64,000 bases of DNA from Candidatus Latescibacterota bacterium (GCA_964291625.2 OZ220089.1:96001-160000); one strand, 5' to 3'; positions 47,900 to 58,826 are shown, numbered from the stretch's first letter. Notes: generated by a model not told the origin, from the letters alone. Numbers and translations are program-made.

Positions 47900-49309
47900 T
47901 CACCCTCCGTTCAGCATGATGCGCACGTCGGTCACCCGTCCGCTCACCGCGGCGGCGGCGACCATGGCCGGGCTCATCAGCAAGGTCCGCCCGGTGGGAC
48001 TCCCCTGGCGGCCCTTGAAGTTGCGGTTGCTCGACGAAGCGCAGAGCTGCCGCCCCTCCAGCTTGTCGGGATTCATGGCCAGGCACATGGAGCAGCCGGC
48101 CTCGCGCCACTCGAAGCCGGCGGCCCGGAAGACCTCGTCCAGGCCTTCGCGGCGGGCCTGGTCCCCCACCTTCTGCGAGCCCGGGACGACGAGGGCCTTC
48201 ACGTCGGCGGCGGCCTTTCTCCCCTTGACCACCTTCGCAGCCTCGCGCAGATCGGAGATGCGCGAGTTGGTGCACGAGCCGATGAAGGCGACGTCCACCG
48301 GGGTCCCCGCGATGGGCTGACCAGCCTCGAACCCCATGTAGTCGAGGGCCTCGGCAACCGACCCGGCGTCGGCCCCGGCCTCCCCGGGGGCGGGCAGGGA
48401 ACCATCGACACTGCAGGACTGCCCCGGGTTGATGCCCCAGGTGACGGTGGGGGCAATCTCGGCGGCGTCTATCTCCACGACGTCGTCGTAATCGGCGCCG
48501 GGGCCGGAGGCGATAGAGCGCCACCAGTCGACGGCGCGGTCGAAGTCGGATCCCCGGGGCGCCTCCGGACGGCCCTGGAGATACTCGAAGGTGGTCTCGT
48601 CGGGGTTGACGTAGCCGCAGCGGGCGCCGCCCTCGATGGACATGTTGCAGACCGTCATGCGCTCTTCCATCGACATGCGGTCGAGAACTCCCCCGGCGTA
48701 CTCGTAGGCGTACCCGACGCCCCCCTTCACGCCCAGCGACCCGATGACGTGGAGGGTCAGGTCCTTGGCGTACACGCCAGGGCCGAGGGTTCCGTCCACC
48801 GCCACGCGGCGCACCTTGGGACGGGACATGGCCAGGCACTGGGAGGCGAGCACGTCCCGCACCTGGCTGGTGCCGATGCCGAAGGCGACGGCCCCGAAGG
48901 CGCCGTGGGTGGAGGTGTGGCTGTCGCCGCAGGCGATCGTCATCCCCGGCTGGGTCAGCCCGAGCTCGGGCCCGATGACGTGGACGATGCCCCGGCGGGG
49001 ATCGTCCATGCCGAAGAGGGGGATCTCGAACTCGGAGGCGTTCTCCTCCATGGCCACCATCATCCGCTCGGCGAGATCGTCGAGGAAGGGGCGGTCGCTC
49101 ACGTCGGTTGGAATGATGTGGTCCACCGTCGCCCAGGTGCGCTCGGGGTGCATCACCCGCAGGCCGCGCTCGCGCAGCATCTGGAAGGCCTGGGGGCTCG
49201 TGACCTCGTGGATCAGGTGCAGCCCGACGAAGAGCTGCGTCTGTCCCGATGGCAGCTCGCGGACCGTGTGGGCGTCCCAGACTTTCTCGAAGAGGTTCCT
49301 CTTCTCCAT
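47900..49309 (-). CDS. leuC: Isopropylmalate isomerase large subunit
   Basis: [46 protein letters not shown]. Confidence 0.97.
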   Translation of the reverse strand: MEKRNLFEKVWDAHTVRELPSGQTQLFVGLHLIHEVTSPQAFQMLRERGLRVMHPERTWATVDHIIPTDVSDRPFLDDLAERMMVAMEENASEFEIPLFGMDDPRRGIVHVIGPELGLTQPGMTIACGDSHTSTHGAFGAVAFGIGTSQVRDVLASQCLAMSRPKVRRVAVDGTLGPGVYAKDLTLHVIGSLGVKGGVGYAYEYAGGVLDRMSMEERMTVCNMSIEGGARCGYVNPDETTFEYLQGRPEAPRGSDFDRAVDWWRSIASGPGADYDDVVEIDAAEIAPTVTWGINPGQSCSVDGSLPAPGEAGADAGSVAEALDYMGFEAGQPIAGTPVDVAFIGSCTNSRISDLREAAKVVKGRKAAADVKALVVPGSQKVGDQARREGLDEVFRAAGFEWREAGCSMCLAMNPDKLEGRQLCASSSNRNFKGRQGSPTGRTLLMSPAMVAAAAVSGRVTDVRIMLNGG

Positions 49310-49340
49310 CTGCCTCGGTCTCCTTGCGGAAGGCCGGCGC

Positions 49341-50915
49341 TCAGCGAGCGCGGTCGGGGGCCTTCTGGTCGAGCCGCACCTGCCGCCCCCGGCGCAGCTC
49401 CAGCCGGTTGATGGCGTCCACGTAGGCCCGGGCGCTGGCCTCGATGATGTCGGTCGAGGTGCCCCGCCCCGTGGTCTTCAGGTCGCCGTCGCTGACGCGC
49501 ACCGTCACCTCTCCCATGGCCTGGCTGCCCCCCGTGATGGCCTGGATCGAGTACTCCTCGACCTTGGCCCGGGTGTTGGTCACCTGGTTGATCGCCTCGT
49601 ACGTGGCGTCCACCGGTCCGTCGCCCCAGGCCGACTCCTGCACCCGCTCCTCGCCGTCGACGCGGAGGCGCACCGTCGCCGAGGGCACCGTGCCCGTGCC
49701 GCTCACCGTGTGCAGGTACTCCAGCGCGAAGCGGCCGCCCTCGTCCCCCCGGATCTCGTCTTCGACGATGGCCATCAGGTCCTCGTCGAAGACCTCCTTC
49801 TTCTTGTCCGCCAGCTCCAGGAAGCGCTCGTAGATCTCGTCGAGGCGCTCGGCGTCCAGCTCGTAGCCCAGTTCCTCCAGCCGATGGCGCAGGGCGTGCC
49901 GGCCGGAGCGGGCCGTGAGGACGATGGAGGTCGCCTCCCAGCCCACCTCGGTGGGATCCATGATCTCGAAGGTGTCGCGGGACTTGAGCACGCCGTCCTG
50001 GTGGATGCCGGAGCTGTGGGCGAAGGCGTTGGCGCCGACGATCGCCTTGTTGGGCGCCACCGCGATCCCCATGAGACGGCTCACGAGACGGCTCGTGGAC
50101 AGGATCTCCCGGGCCACCACCTCCGTGCGCAGGCCGAAGTAGTCGGCCCGGGTCTTCAGGGCCATCACCACCTCCTCCAGCGAGGCGTTGCCGGCGCGCT
50201 CCCCCAGGCCGTTGAGGGTGCATTCCACCTGGCGCGCCCCGGCCTGCAGGGAGGCCAGGCTGTTGGAGACGGCCATGCCGAGGTCGTCGTGGCAGTGCAC
50301 GCTGATCACCGCCCGGTCGATGTTCGGCACCTGGCCACGCAGCCGCCGGATGAGATCGGCAAACTGCTCGGGCACGGTGTAGCCCACCGTGTCGGGGATG
50401 TTGATCGTCGACGCCCCCGCCTCGATGGCGGCCTGCACGATCTCGGCCAGGTAGGAGAACTCCGCCCGCGTCGCGTCCATGGGCGAGAACTCCACGTCCT
50501 CCGCGTACCCCCTGGCCTGGGTCACGGCCTTCACCGCCATGTCGAGGACCTCCGAGCCGCTCTTGTGCATCTGCCGCGCCAGGTGCGCCTCGGAGGTGCC
50601 CACGAAGGTGTGGATGCGCGGCCTGGGGGCATCCCTCAGGGCCTCGCCGGCGCGGTCGATGTCCTTCGGGACCACCCGCGCCAGGGCGCAGATCGCCGGC
50701 CCTTCCACCTCGAGCCCGACACGCTGCACGGCCTCGAAGTCCTCGTTGGAGGAGATCGGAAAACCCGCCTCGATGACGTCGACCCGGAGGCGGGCGAGCT
50801 GGTGTCCGATCTCGAGCTTGTCGCGCAGGGTCAGGGACGCCCCGGGCGACTGCTCGGCGTCGCGCAGGGTCGTGTCAAAGATGATTACGCGATCCTCGGA
50901 CTTGGATGGTGCCAT
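49341..50915 (-). CDS. leuA: 2-isopropylmalate synthase
   Basis: [36 protein letters not shown]-terminal regulatory domain (GDGPVDA). Confidence 0.96.
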   Translation of the reverse strand: MAPSKSEDRVIIFDTTLRDAEQSPGASLTLRDKLEIGHQLARLRVDVIEAGFPISSNEDFEAVQRVGLEVEGPAICALARVVPKDIDRAGEALRDAPRPRIHTFVGTSEAHLARQMHKSGSEVLDMAVKAVTQARGYAEDVEFSPMDATRAEFSYLAEIVQAAIEAGASTINIPDTVGYTVPEQFADLIRRLRGQVPNIDRAVISVHCHDDLGMAVSNSLASLQAGARQVECTLNGLGERAGNASLEEVVMALKTRADYFGLRTEVVAREILSTSRLVSRLMGIAVAPNKAIVGANAFAHSSGIHQDGVLKSRDTFEIMDPTEVGWEATSIVLTARSGRHALRHRLEELGYELDAERLDEIYERFLELADKKKEVFDEDLMAIVEDEIRGDEGGRFALEYLHTVSGTGTVPSATVRLRVDGEERVQESAWGDGPVDATYEAINQVTNTRAKVEEYSIQAITGGSQAMGEVTVRVSDGDLKTTGRGTSTDIIEASARAYVDAINRLELRRGRQVRLDQKAPDRAR

Positions 50916-50949
50916 GGCCCTTGCTCCGTCAGATGCCGGTAGGCGCGCC

Positions 50950-51954
50950 CTAGGACCCGTTCCCGGGCTCCCCCAGCCAGCTCATCATGCCGCGCAGGCG
51001 GCTGCCGACCTCCTCGATCAGGTGCTCGGCGTCGCGGCGTTTCCTGGCGTTGTAGTTCGGTCGGCCCACCTGGTTCTCCAGCAGCCACTCCTTGGCGAAC
51101 TGCCCGTTCTGAACCTGCGCCAGGATGCGCTTCATCTCCTGCCGCGTCTCCTCGGTGACGACGCGGCCGCCGCGGGTCAGGTCGCCGAACTCGGCGGTGT
51201 CGCTGATGGAGGAGCGCATGTTGGCGATGCCGCCTTCGTAGATCAGGTCGACGATCAGCTTGACCTCGTGGAGACACTCGAAGTAGGCGACCTCGGGCTG
51301 GTACCCCGCCTCCACGAGGGTATCGAAGCCGGCCCGGATCAGCTCGGTGAGGCCGCCGCAGAGGACGACCTGCTCGCCGAAGAGATCGGTCTCGGTCTCC
51401 TCGCGGAAGGTCGTCTGGATGACGCCGCCGCGCGTGCAGCCGATGCCCTTGGCATAGGCGAGGCCGATCTCCTGGGCGCGCCCGGTGGCGTCCTGCTCGA
51501 CGGCCAGCAGACCCGGAACACCGCCCCCCTCGCTGTAGACCCGGCGCACGAGATGGCCGGGCCCCTTGGGGGCGACCATGAAGACATCGGCGTCGGCGGG
51601 CGGCACGACCTGCCCGAAGTGGATGTTGAAGCCGTGGGCGAAGGCGAGGGCGTTCCCGGCCTCCAGGTTGGGGCGGATGTCGGCCTCGTAGACGCTGCGC
51701 TGCACCTCGTCGTTGATCAGGATCATGATGATGTCGCCGCCGGCGGCGGCCTCGGCGACGGTGGCCACCTTCAGTCCCGCGCTCTCGGCCTCGGCCCGGC
51801 GGGCGCTGCCCTCGCGGAGACCGACGACGACGCCGACGCCGCTCTCCTTCAGGTTGAGGGAGTGGGCGTGTCCCTGGCTGCCGTAACCGATGACGGCGAC
51901 CGTCCTGTCGCTCAGCAGCTCGAGGTTGGCGTCGTCGTCGTAGTACATCTGCAT
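50950..51954 (-). CDS. ilvC: Ketol-acid reductoisomerase
   Basis: [46 protein letters not shown]. Confidence 0.97.
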   Translation of the reverse strand: MQMYYDDDANLELLSDRTVAVIGYGSQGHAHSLNLKESGVGVVVGLREGSARRAEAESAGLKVATVAEAAAGGDIIMILINDEVQRSVYEADIRPNLEAGNALAFAHGFNIHFGQVVPPADADVFMVAPKGPGHLVRRVYSEGGGVPGLLAVEQDATGRAQEIGLAYAKGIGCTRGGVIQTTFREETETDLFGEQVVLCGGLTELIRAGFDTLVEAGYQPEVAYFECLHEVKLIVDLIYEGGIANMRSSISDTAEFGDLTRGGRVVTEETRQEMKRILAQVQNGQFAKEWLLENQVGRPNYNARKRRDAEHLIEEVGSRLRGMMSWLGEPGNGS

Positions 51955-52105
51955 CGCTATGCTCCTTGCCCCGGGAAGGGGCGGCGGCGCTGCCGCCTTG
52001 TGGGGTCACCGGAGTGGGCACAACTCCGTCACCGCCCGTGAAATCGCTTCAGAGGCTCCGTCCGGCGTCTTCGATTGAGGTGCGTGAGAAGGGAAGCGGC
52101 GGAGC

Positions 52106-52246
52106 CTATTCGATCGGCCCGGCAAGGAGAAGGCCGGGAATCGGAATCGGGCGATCGAGCGGAATGAGCGACAGGGAGCGCAGGGAGAGACGAGCCCGGG
52201 GTGTCGGGTCTCGACGCGGGCTCGGGGCGCTCGATGCGATGCTCAT
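52106..52246 (-). promoter_or_regulatory. Candidate Leu/Ile-rich leader peptide (46 aa) of the ilvC-leu operon
   Basis: MSIASSAPSPRRDPTPRARLSLRSLSLIPLDRPIPIPGLLLAGPIE*; 12 of the last 27 codons are Leu/Ile, including ATT x3 and CTT x2. Confidence 0.65.
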
Positions 52247-52282
52247 GGGAAGGCCGGAACCGGTATCTGGTGGAAAGCGCGC

Positions 52283-52311
52283 AATATAGAGGGGACCCCC
52301 AAGGATGTCAA
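52283..52311 (-). promoter_or_regulatory. Sigma70 promoter of the ilvC-leu operon
   Basis: Minus strand TTGACA(52311-06)-N17-TATATT(52288-83). Confidence 0.8.
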
Positions 52312-52376
52312 GAATGAGGGGCGCGTCCCCTTGGAGCCCGTACCCCGGAGCGGGCCTGGCGATGCCGCCGGCAGGG

Positions 52377-53834
52377 TCACCCCCCGAACAGCTTCGGAAG
52401 CTGGTTGCTCAAGGTGACGATGGTGAAGTAGCCGAAGAACGCGCTGGCCCACACCATCGCCAGGAAACGCACGACGGGCGTGCGCAAGGTCCCGCCCAGG
52501 ACGCGGCTGTTCATCCACAACAGCAGCAGCGAGTAGATCAGCATGACGCCGCCGTTCAGGGCGGCGCTGAGGACGAGCAGCACCAGCGGCTGCGCCAGGC
52601 CGGGCACGACCAGCCCCGCCAGCAGGATGGCGCACCCGAGCAGGATCTGGCCCCACAGGAGCAGGAAGTAGAGGCGGCTGTCGGTCCAGACCTCGCTGTC
52701 GCGCAGCCAGTTGACCTTGATGATGTCCGTCGAGATGCGGGCGCAGGCGTCGAGGAGCCCCAGCTCCGTCGTCAGCAGGATGGCGATCCCCATCCAGTGG
52801 AAGGCGTGCTGCATCCACGGCCCGTAGCGGTCGCCGATGAACCGCCCCTCGGCGCGGATGAAGCCGAAGCCCTTCTCCAGCCCCGGGGTCCCCTGGGTAG
52901 TGGCGTAGGCGATGAGGGAGAGCATCATCAGGGAGAGCACCGACAGCAGGTAGAAGTTGAGCAGGTGCTCGCGGTTGGCGGCTCCCCACCAGTCCTTCCA
53001 CCGGCGCAGGTTGTCGGCGCCGTGCTCGAAGTGGGCGCCGATGCCGGCCACCACCTCGGCGCGCCCCGTGAGGGGACTCGTCAGGCGGCCGGCGAAGCGC
53101 CCCATGGCATAGCCCTTCTCGCGCACGTAGTTGCTCTGGGAGAGGTTCATCGTGCCCCCGGCGCCGGCGAAGGCCAGGGCTCCGAGGAGCAGGGGCAGCT
53201 CCATGCCCTCGGGGATGTGGCCCACGTTGGCGATGCCGCGCGCCATCTCCCCCACGTGCACCAGATCGACCACGAGGAAGGCGAGGATCGCCATGAACAG
53301 GAAGATGAAGGTCACCAGGATCTTCTGAAGCCGCTCCACCGTGTTGTAGACCACGGGTCCCAGGGTCAGGGCGGCACCGATGGCCAGCAGGCTGAGGATG
53401 GAGATCAGGGTGCGCGCCTGCTCGCCTCCGCCGATCTCCCAGGTGAGCATGGTCGCCGCTCCCGCCGCCCAGCCCGGCCACATCCAGGGGATGACGTTGC
53501 AGACGAGGAAGACGGCGGCCCAGCCCTTCCAAAGGCGGCAGAACCCCGTAATCGCCGACTCGCCCGTGGCCAGGGTCCAGCGCTCGATCTCCATGTTGAT
53601 GAAGTACTGGGTGGTGACCCCCACCATGCACGCCCAGAAGGCGACGAAGCCGAAGCGGTAGGTGATGTAGGGCCAGAGGACGAACTCGCCGCTGCCGAGG
53701 GAGAGGCCGAGGAGCAGGACGCTGGGACCGAGGAGCCTGCGCCACGACGGCGCCTCCGGCAGATCCTGGTATCGAGCCGCCGGCAGCCGATCGCTGGGAA
53801 TGACTTCGTGGGGGACGGGCCGGGACCCGCTCAC
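52377..53834 (-). CDS. Nramp-like / APC-superfamily membrane transporter
   Basis: About 11 hydrophobic segments; LGPSVLLLGLSLGSGE, RWTLATGES, FAGAGG. Confidence 0.75.
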   Translation of the reverse strand: MSGSRPVPHEVIPSDRLPAARYQDLPEAPSWRRLLGPSVLLLGLSLGSGEFVLWPYITYRFGFVAFWACMVGVTTQYFINMEIERWTLATGESAITGFCRLWKGWAAVFLVCNVIPWMWPGWAAGAATMLTWEIGGGEQARTLISILSLLAIGAALTLGPVVYNTVERLQKILVTFIFLFMAILAFLVVDLVHVGEMARGIANVGHIPEGMELPLLLGALAFAGAGGTMNLSQSNYVREKGYAMGRFAGRLTSPLTGRAEVVAGIGAHFEHGADNLRRWKDWWGAANREHLLNFYLLSVLSLMMLSLIAYATTQGTPGLEKGFGFIRAEGRFIGDRYGPWMQHAFHWMGIAILLTTELGLLDACARISTDIIKVNWLRDSEVWTDSRLYFLLLWGQILLGCAILLAGLVVPGLAQPLVLLVLSAALNGGVMLIYSLLLLWMNSRVLGGTLRTPVVRFLAMVWASAFFGYFTIVTLSNQLPKLFGG

Positions 53835-54928
53835 CGGGGGCGGCGCTCCCGGAAGGCGACCAGCGGATGCTCGCGGTTGGCCATGGGCATGGTCACCCGG
53901 GCGCCGGTGATCTGCGACTCGTAGGCCCCCAGGATCATCTCCAGGGCGGCCACGGCGCCGGCGGCGCTCGACAGGGGCTCGCGATCCTCATCGGCCGCCT
54001 CGATCAGGTCGGCGACGGCGCGCTGATTCCCGGTGAGCAGCTGGTCGTCGGGCAGTCCTTCCAGCGGCTCCCAGCCCTGCCCGGCCTCGGCGGGACGGAA
54101 TACCGGATGGGGGTAGATCATCAACTCGGAGCCGCTGCCGCCGCGCAGCGAGATGGTGCCCTCGCTGCCGATGATCTCCATGCCGTAACGCTGGTTCGAC
54201 CCGGCCTGGTCCTTGCGCGAGTCGAAGAACCCGGCCACCCCCGACTCGAAGGCGAAGTAGGAGTTCACGCAGTCCCCGGCCACCGGACCGACGGGCTCGC
54301 CCGCCTCGCGCACGTCGTCCGGGGCGAGCTCCCGTCCCTCCACCGTGACCTGCGCCGACATCCAGCGCACGTCGCCGACGAAGAACCGCATCATGTTGAA
54401 GAGGTGGGTTCCGAGGACGATCATGTCCTCGCCGCCGCCGCGGCGGTCCTGCTTGCCGTGGGCGTGAATCGCCTGGAGCTGCCCGATGCGCCCCTCCCGC
54501 AAGATCCGCCGGAGTCCCTGGATGCGGGGCAGGTACACGGCCTGGTGGGCCACGGCGACCTTGAGCCCCGCCTCCCGCGCCCTGGCGACGATGGCGTCGC
54601 CCTCGGCCAGGTTCCACGTCATCGGTTTCTCGCAGTAGACGTGGGCCCCCGCCTCGAGGCAGGCGATGACCATCTCCAGGTGGCAGTCCGTCCAGCGCGG
54701 GCAGACGCTGACGATGTCCGGGGACTGCTCCCGCAGCATCTCCCGGTAGTCCGGGTAGGCGGCGGCGGCCCCGGTCTCCGTCTGCGCCCTGGTCCGCCCC
54801 TCGTCGTCGGGATCGGCGACCGCCACGAAGTCGACGGCCGGGTGGTCGGTGTAGGCCATGTGCAGGCCGTGGCCGTAGTTTCCGCGGCCGGTTCGGCCGA
54901 TCGCAGCCGCTCGATAGCGTCGAGTCAC
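53831..54928 (-). CDS. Gfo/Idh/MocA family oxidoreductase
   Basis: YRAAAIGRTG, HVYCEKPM, GTHLFN; GTG at 54928 preceded by an AGGAG RBS. Confidence 0.9.
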   Translation of the reverse strand: MTRRYRAAAIGRTGRGNYGHGLHMAYTDHPAVDFVAVADPDDEGRTRAQTETGAAAAYPDYREMLREQSPDIVSVCPRWTDCHLEMVIACLEAGAHVYCEKPMTWNLAEGDAIVARAREAGLKVAVAHQAVYLPRIQGLRRILREGRIGQLQAIHAHGKQDRRGGGEDMIVLGTHLFNMMRFFVGDVRWMSAQVTVEGRELAPDDVREAGEPVGPVAGDCVNSYFAFESGVAGFFDSRKDQAGSNQRYGMEIIGSEGTISLRGGSGSELMIYPHPVFRPAEAGQGWEPLEGLPDDQLLTGNQRAVADLIEAADEDREPLSSAAGAVAALEMILGAYESQITGARVTMPMANREHPLVAFRERRPR

Positions 54929-55026
54929 TTCACGTCTCCTGGTGGGATCAGGCGCCTCGGATACGGGCGCCCAAGGGTAGTGCCGGCCGCCTTGACCCGC
55001 CAGAAGGCTCCCGCCATCTTGCCCGG

Positions 55027-55767
55027 GTGGCACTGAGCGTCCTCCAGACCTACGAGCGGCTCCTCGGGCACTACGGCCCCCAGGGATGGTGGCCGACCAC
55101 GGCGCGTGGAGGGGTTCGTCCCGTGTACCGCCCGGGCACGGCCGGCGCCGTGCCCTCGCCGCGGCAGCAGTGGGAGATCGTCGTCGGCTCCGTCCTCGCG
55201 CAGAACACGGCCTGGCGGAACGCCTCCGCGGCCCTGTCGGAGCTGGTCCGCAGGCGGATCCTGAGCCTCCGCCGCATGGCCGCCCTGCCCCGGGCGGACC
55301 TGGCGGCTGCCATCCGCAGCGCCGGCTACTTCAATCAGAAGGCCCGCAACCTGCAGGAACTGGCGGCCCATCTGCTGTCGGTGAGCGGCGGCCGCATCGC
55401 CCCTTTCCTCTCACGGCCGGCCCCGGAGCTGCGGGCCGAGCTGCTCGCGCGGCGCGGCGTCGGTCCCGAGACGGCGGACAGCATTCTGCTGTACGCCGCC
55501 GGGCGCCCCTTCTTCGTCATCGATGCCTACGCCCGGCGCATCGCCTCCCGCCTCGCCTGGGTGCCGGAGACGATCGCCTACCAACCACTGCAGGAACTCT
55601 TCGAGTCGCGCCTGCCACGGGACCCCGCGATCTACAACGAGTACCACGCCCTGCTCGTGCGCCACGCCGTGGAACACTGCAGGGCCCGACCCCTGTGCGA
55701 GGGGTGCTGCCTGCGGGATGCCTGCCCTGCCGGCCGATCCCTCGCCGCTGCCGGAGACCGACCGTGA
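55027..55767 (+). CDS. Endonuclease III-related HhH-GPD glycosylase
   Basis: GPQGWWP, VLAQNTAW, GVGPETADSILLYA, VIDAY, EYHALLV..C..RPLCEGCCLRDAC (Fe-S motif). Confidence 0.9.
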   Translation: MALSVLQTYERLLGHYGPQGWWPTTARGGVRPVYRPGTAGAVPSPRQQWEIVVGSVLAQNTAWRNASAALSELVRRRILSLRRMAALPRADLAAAIRSAGYFNQKARNLQELAAHLLSVSGGRIAPFLSRPAPELRAELLARRGVGPETADSILLYAAGRPFFVIDAYARRIASRLAWVPETIAYQPLQELFESRLPRDPAIYNEYHALLVRHAVEHCRARPLCEGCCLRDACPAGRSLAAAGDRP

Positions 55768-56714
55768 CCGCCCTGGACTGCCTCGGGGGACAACGCCCCC
55801 TGGCGACGGAGGAATTCGCCCGCCGCGCCCACGCCTATGCCTTGAACCCGAACCGCAACCCGGTGAAGGAGGTCCTCGACAGCCACGGGTCGGTGGAGGA
55901 GACCCCGCCCCTGGTCGGGATCTTCAACGACGTCCCCTGGTACCAGGTCCGCGATGACGAGGTGCACGCCTGGGCGCGGGCCGGCCTGTCGTGGATCGTC
56001 AACGACGCCGAGCACCTCCAGCGGGAGGGCTGGTACGGTCGGCAGCAGAATGCCATGGAGGGGCGCGTGGGACTGCTCCAGGTGCAGCGTCTCCACCGCG
56101 AGGCCTTCAGCGCCCACGGCGACGTCTTCCAGCTGGGGGCGCGGGCGACGATGAAGCCGTACGGGACCACCCTCGAGGAGGCGGAGAGGTTCTACCGCGC
56201 GGTGAACTTCCCCACGCCGGGCGAGGCCACCCGCGACGACCGCGGCGGCTATCCCGTGCGCTACGGCGATCGCAAGTTCGCCTTCACTCCCGATTCACTG
56301 CGGGGCCAGGAGACCGAGACCCAGGGGTGGATCCAGTTCGAGACGGCCGAGTACATCGTCGACCGCGAGGTCCGCGACCGGGTCCTCGACCTGATGCAGA
56401 GCCAGGGCCCGAACAAGGCCTGCGGTTTCGTCGGCCCCTTCGACGCCATCCTGCGCCAGGGCGAGATCCCGGAGATCGAGGAGGCGATCGACGCCCTCTT
56501 CCGGGCGGCCTCCCGGCGGGGCATTCACATGGGCCGTGTCGTGGGCTCCGGGTCCATGGAGGACCCCGGCGAGATCGAGGACAACATCGTCCGCGCCATG
56601 GAGAACGGCGCCCGGCTGATCTGCGTTCACCCCTTCACCAGCGACCTGGTCTTCCGCGGAGCGATGAACGTGACCGAGCCGTTCTTCAGGGCCGCCGAGC
56701 GGTGCGGCTTCTGA
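55764..56714 (+). CDS. Divergent HpcH/HpaI-family class II aldolase
   Basis: WIVNDAEH, LGARATMKP..TLEEA..FP..RG, WIQFET, FVGPFD; GTG overlaps the upstream stop. Confidence 0.65.
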   Translation: MTALDCLGGQRPLATEEFARRAHAYALNPNRNPVKEVLDSHGSVEETPPLVGIFNDVPWYQVRDDEVHAWARAGLSWIVNDAEHLQREGWYGRQQNAMEGRVGLLQVQRLHREAFSAHGDVFQLGARATMKPYGTTLEEAERFYRAVNFPTPGEATRDDRGGYPVRYGDRKFAFTPDSLRGQETETQGWIQFETAEYIVDREVRDRVLDLMQSQGPNKACGFVGPFDAILRQGEIPEIEEAIDALFRAASRRGIHMGRVVGSGSMEDPGEIEDNIVRAMENGARLICVHPFTSDLVFRGAMNVTEPFFRAAERCGF

Positions 56715-57084
56715 TCCTCCGATTGCGCCCCCCGGGAGTCCCGCGTATTTTGGACAACCCCCCCGAAGTGCCGCACGACGTTCCCTCGCAACCCCCCTCC
56801 CTCTGACAAACGACGAGCCGGCTGCCGCTCAGGCGCCTCGGTCCGTCGATCCCCTCCTCGGTCCCGGCTGCCGCACCGTTTCTGCGGACGATCCGACAGC
56901 ATACGAGCTCGGGACCCACCGGACATCGACCCGGCCCAGCCTGCCGACATCACCGGAACTCCGAGTCCAGGAGATCGGTCCCGGCCGGCGGGCGCGGTTC
57001 GTCAAGGGCTCACCGCGGTCTCCCCGACCGGAACGGAGAGGGCCTGGCGCGACGGCGCCCGGCCCTCTTCGCGTACCGCCGGTC

Positions 57085-58368
57085 CTACCGGGAGACGAAC
57101 TTCGGGCGGCCGAACCCGTCGTTGACCACCAGGCTGCGCGCCGGGATGTCGGCGTGGTCGGGGATGGCGAGATCGCTCTCGAGCCGGTTCTCGAGGATCG
57201 TCCCGTCGCCGATGGTCACGTCGGACCCCAGCAGGATCCTCCCCGGCATGGCCCCTCCCGCCCGCACCGTGCCGATGACGACGGAGGCGCTGACCCGGCA
57301 CCGCGGGCCTGTCTCGACGAGACCGTAGATCTCCACGCTCGGCCCGATGACCGAGTGGTCTCCCACCCGCACCGGGCCGAAGAGGTCGGCGTCGGTGCCG
57401 ATGAAGACGAAGTCCCCGATCTCCGGGTGGCGCCGGTAGAGGCGCCGGGTCAGGCCGCCCAGGGTGCAGGGATAGAAGTGGCATCCGGAACCGATGACGC
57501 CCGTCTGGCCCGTGGTCAGGCCCCGGTGCGGATGGTCCAGGAAGTTGGCGTCCCCGATGCGGGTCTCGGGATGGATGTCGGCCTGGTAGTACCGCCCCCC
57601 CAGCTCCGAGATGGCCCGCGGAAGCAGGGGCACGGGATCCCGGTGCAGGCGCGGCTCTCCGTCGAGGGGGCCGCTGCGGGTCAGGGCATGGGCCACGTCG
57701 TGGTAGAACAGGACCCGCCATCCCGGGTAGGTGCTGGTGACCAGCTGCATCTGGTACCCGAAGACCCCTTCACCCGGGAGGCCCTCGAGAAACTCCTGGT
57801 AGCAGGCCTGGTCGCGCAGGGAGATGGCGGTGTCGATGTGCGCCGCGAAATCCAGTTCCGCCAGGTCCGCCTCGCCCAGACCGCAGGCCCGGCGCAGGTA
57901 GGCGTCCCAGACGGCCGGGTCCTTCAGGGAGGCGAAGCGGTTCCACTGGGCTCGCTGCTTGAGCTCCACGAGCTCCCACAGGACCGAGTAGGCCGCCGCC
58001 AGGGCCCGGTCCTCCAGATCCTCGTCGGCGCCCACGGCCAGGTGGGACTGGGCCACCATGGCGTACAGCTGATCGGCCACCTCGGCGATGGACGCGCTGA
58101 AGTCGCCCACCGGATGCCCGGCTTCCAGGGCGTTGTGCGAGCCGGGAGCGACGCACTCCAGCAGGTTGCCGAGGACGGTCTCAAGGATGTCGCGGTTCAC
58201 GAAGCCCCGGCCCGACCGCTGAGACAGGATGGCGGGGTTGACGCGATCGATGCGCAGGGCTGCCAGCTCCTCGGCGGAATAGCAGGAGCGCAGGCGCTCG
58301 AGGATCCTCCCCAGCAACTCGCGCTTGCGCTTTTCGTAGCGCTGGTCGAAGAGGGTGGCCGTGCTCAT
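57085..58368 (-). CDS. Serine-O-acetyltransferase-like (left-handed beta-helix) protein with long N-terminal extension
   Basis: ADIHPETRIG..FLDH..GQTGVIG..TLGG..RHPEIGD.V.IG plus additional hexapeptide repeats. Confidence 0.65.
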   Translation of the reverse strand: MSTATLFDQRYEKRKRELLGRILERLRSCYSAEELAALRIDRVNPAILSQRSGRGFVNRDILETVLGNLLECVAPGSHNALEAGHPVGDFSASIAEVADQLYAMVAQSHLAVGADEDLEDRALAAAYSVLWELVELKQRAQWNRFASLKDPAVWDAYLRRACGLGEADLAELDFAAHIDTAISLRDQACYQEFLEGLPGEGVFGYQMQLVTSTYPGWRVLFYHDVAHALTRSGPLDGEPRLHRDPVPLLPRAISELGGRYYQADIHPETRIGDANFLDHPHRGLTTGQTGVIGSGCHFYPCTLGGLTRRLYRRHPEIGDFVFIGTDADLFGPVRVGDHSVIGPSVEIYGLVETGPRCRVSASVVIGTVRAGGAMPGRILLGSDVTIGDGTILENRLESDLAIPDHADIPARSLVVNDGFGRPKFVSR

Positions 58369-58389
58369 GGGGGAGGCCGCACCGGGGCC

Positions 58390-58698
58390 TCAGTCCATGT
58401 GGAACGCTTCCTCGAGGGGTGTGATGACCGGCGAGCTGTCCGGGTTGCACTCCATGAGAGGCTCCATGTAGCGCCACCACTCCCGCATCAGCTCCTCCCG
58501 GGGCAATCCCTCCAGGGCCTCCGGATCGTCGATCTCGAGGCAGGCGAAGAGCGTCGTCCCGTCGCGGAAGATGGTGTAGTTGCGGATCCCCGTGTCCCGC
58601 AGCAGCCGGACCAGGTCGGGCCAGACCTCGTCGTGGCGTCGCTTGTACTCCTCCTCGGTCCCCGCCTTGAGCTGCATCCTGAACCCCACACGAGCCAT
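58390..58698 (-). CDS. rhaM: L-rhamnose mutarotase
   Basis: FRMQLK..EEYKRRHDEVWP..GIRNYTIF..LF..WWRYMEPLM..EAFHMD. Confidence 0.88.
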   Translation of the reverse strand: MARVGFRMQLKAGTEEEYKRRHDEVWPDLVRLLRDTGIRNYTIFRDGTTLFACLEIDDPEALEGLPREELMREWWRYMEPLMECNPDSSPVITPLEEAFHMD

Positions 58699-58826
58699 GA
58701 ACGCGCCTCCCTCGATCGGTGATCGGCCCTGCGCAAGGGTACTCCGTTGCGCCCTCCCCGGCAATCGCTATCTTGTGGTTTTTTCACGGACTTGAGTGCG
58801 TTTTCCCCCATCGCCGGAAGGTCGGC

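Noticed and set aside
41111-51954. Long amino-acid biosynthesis run as a novel system
   Set aside because: All members are standard enzymes; only the leader region is notable.
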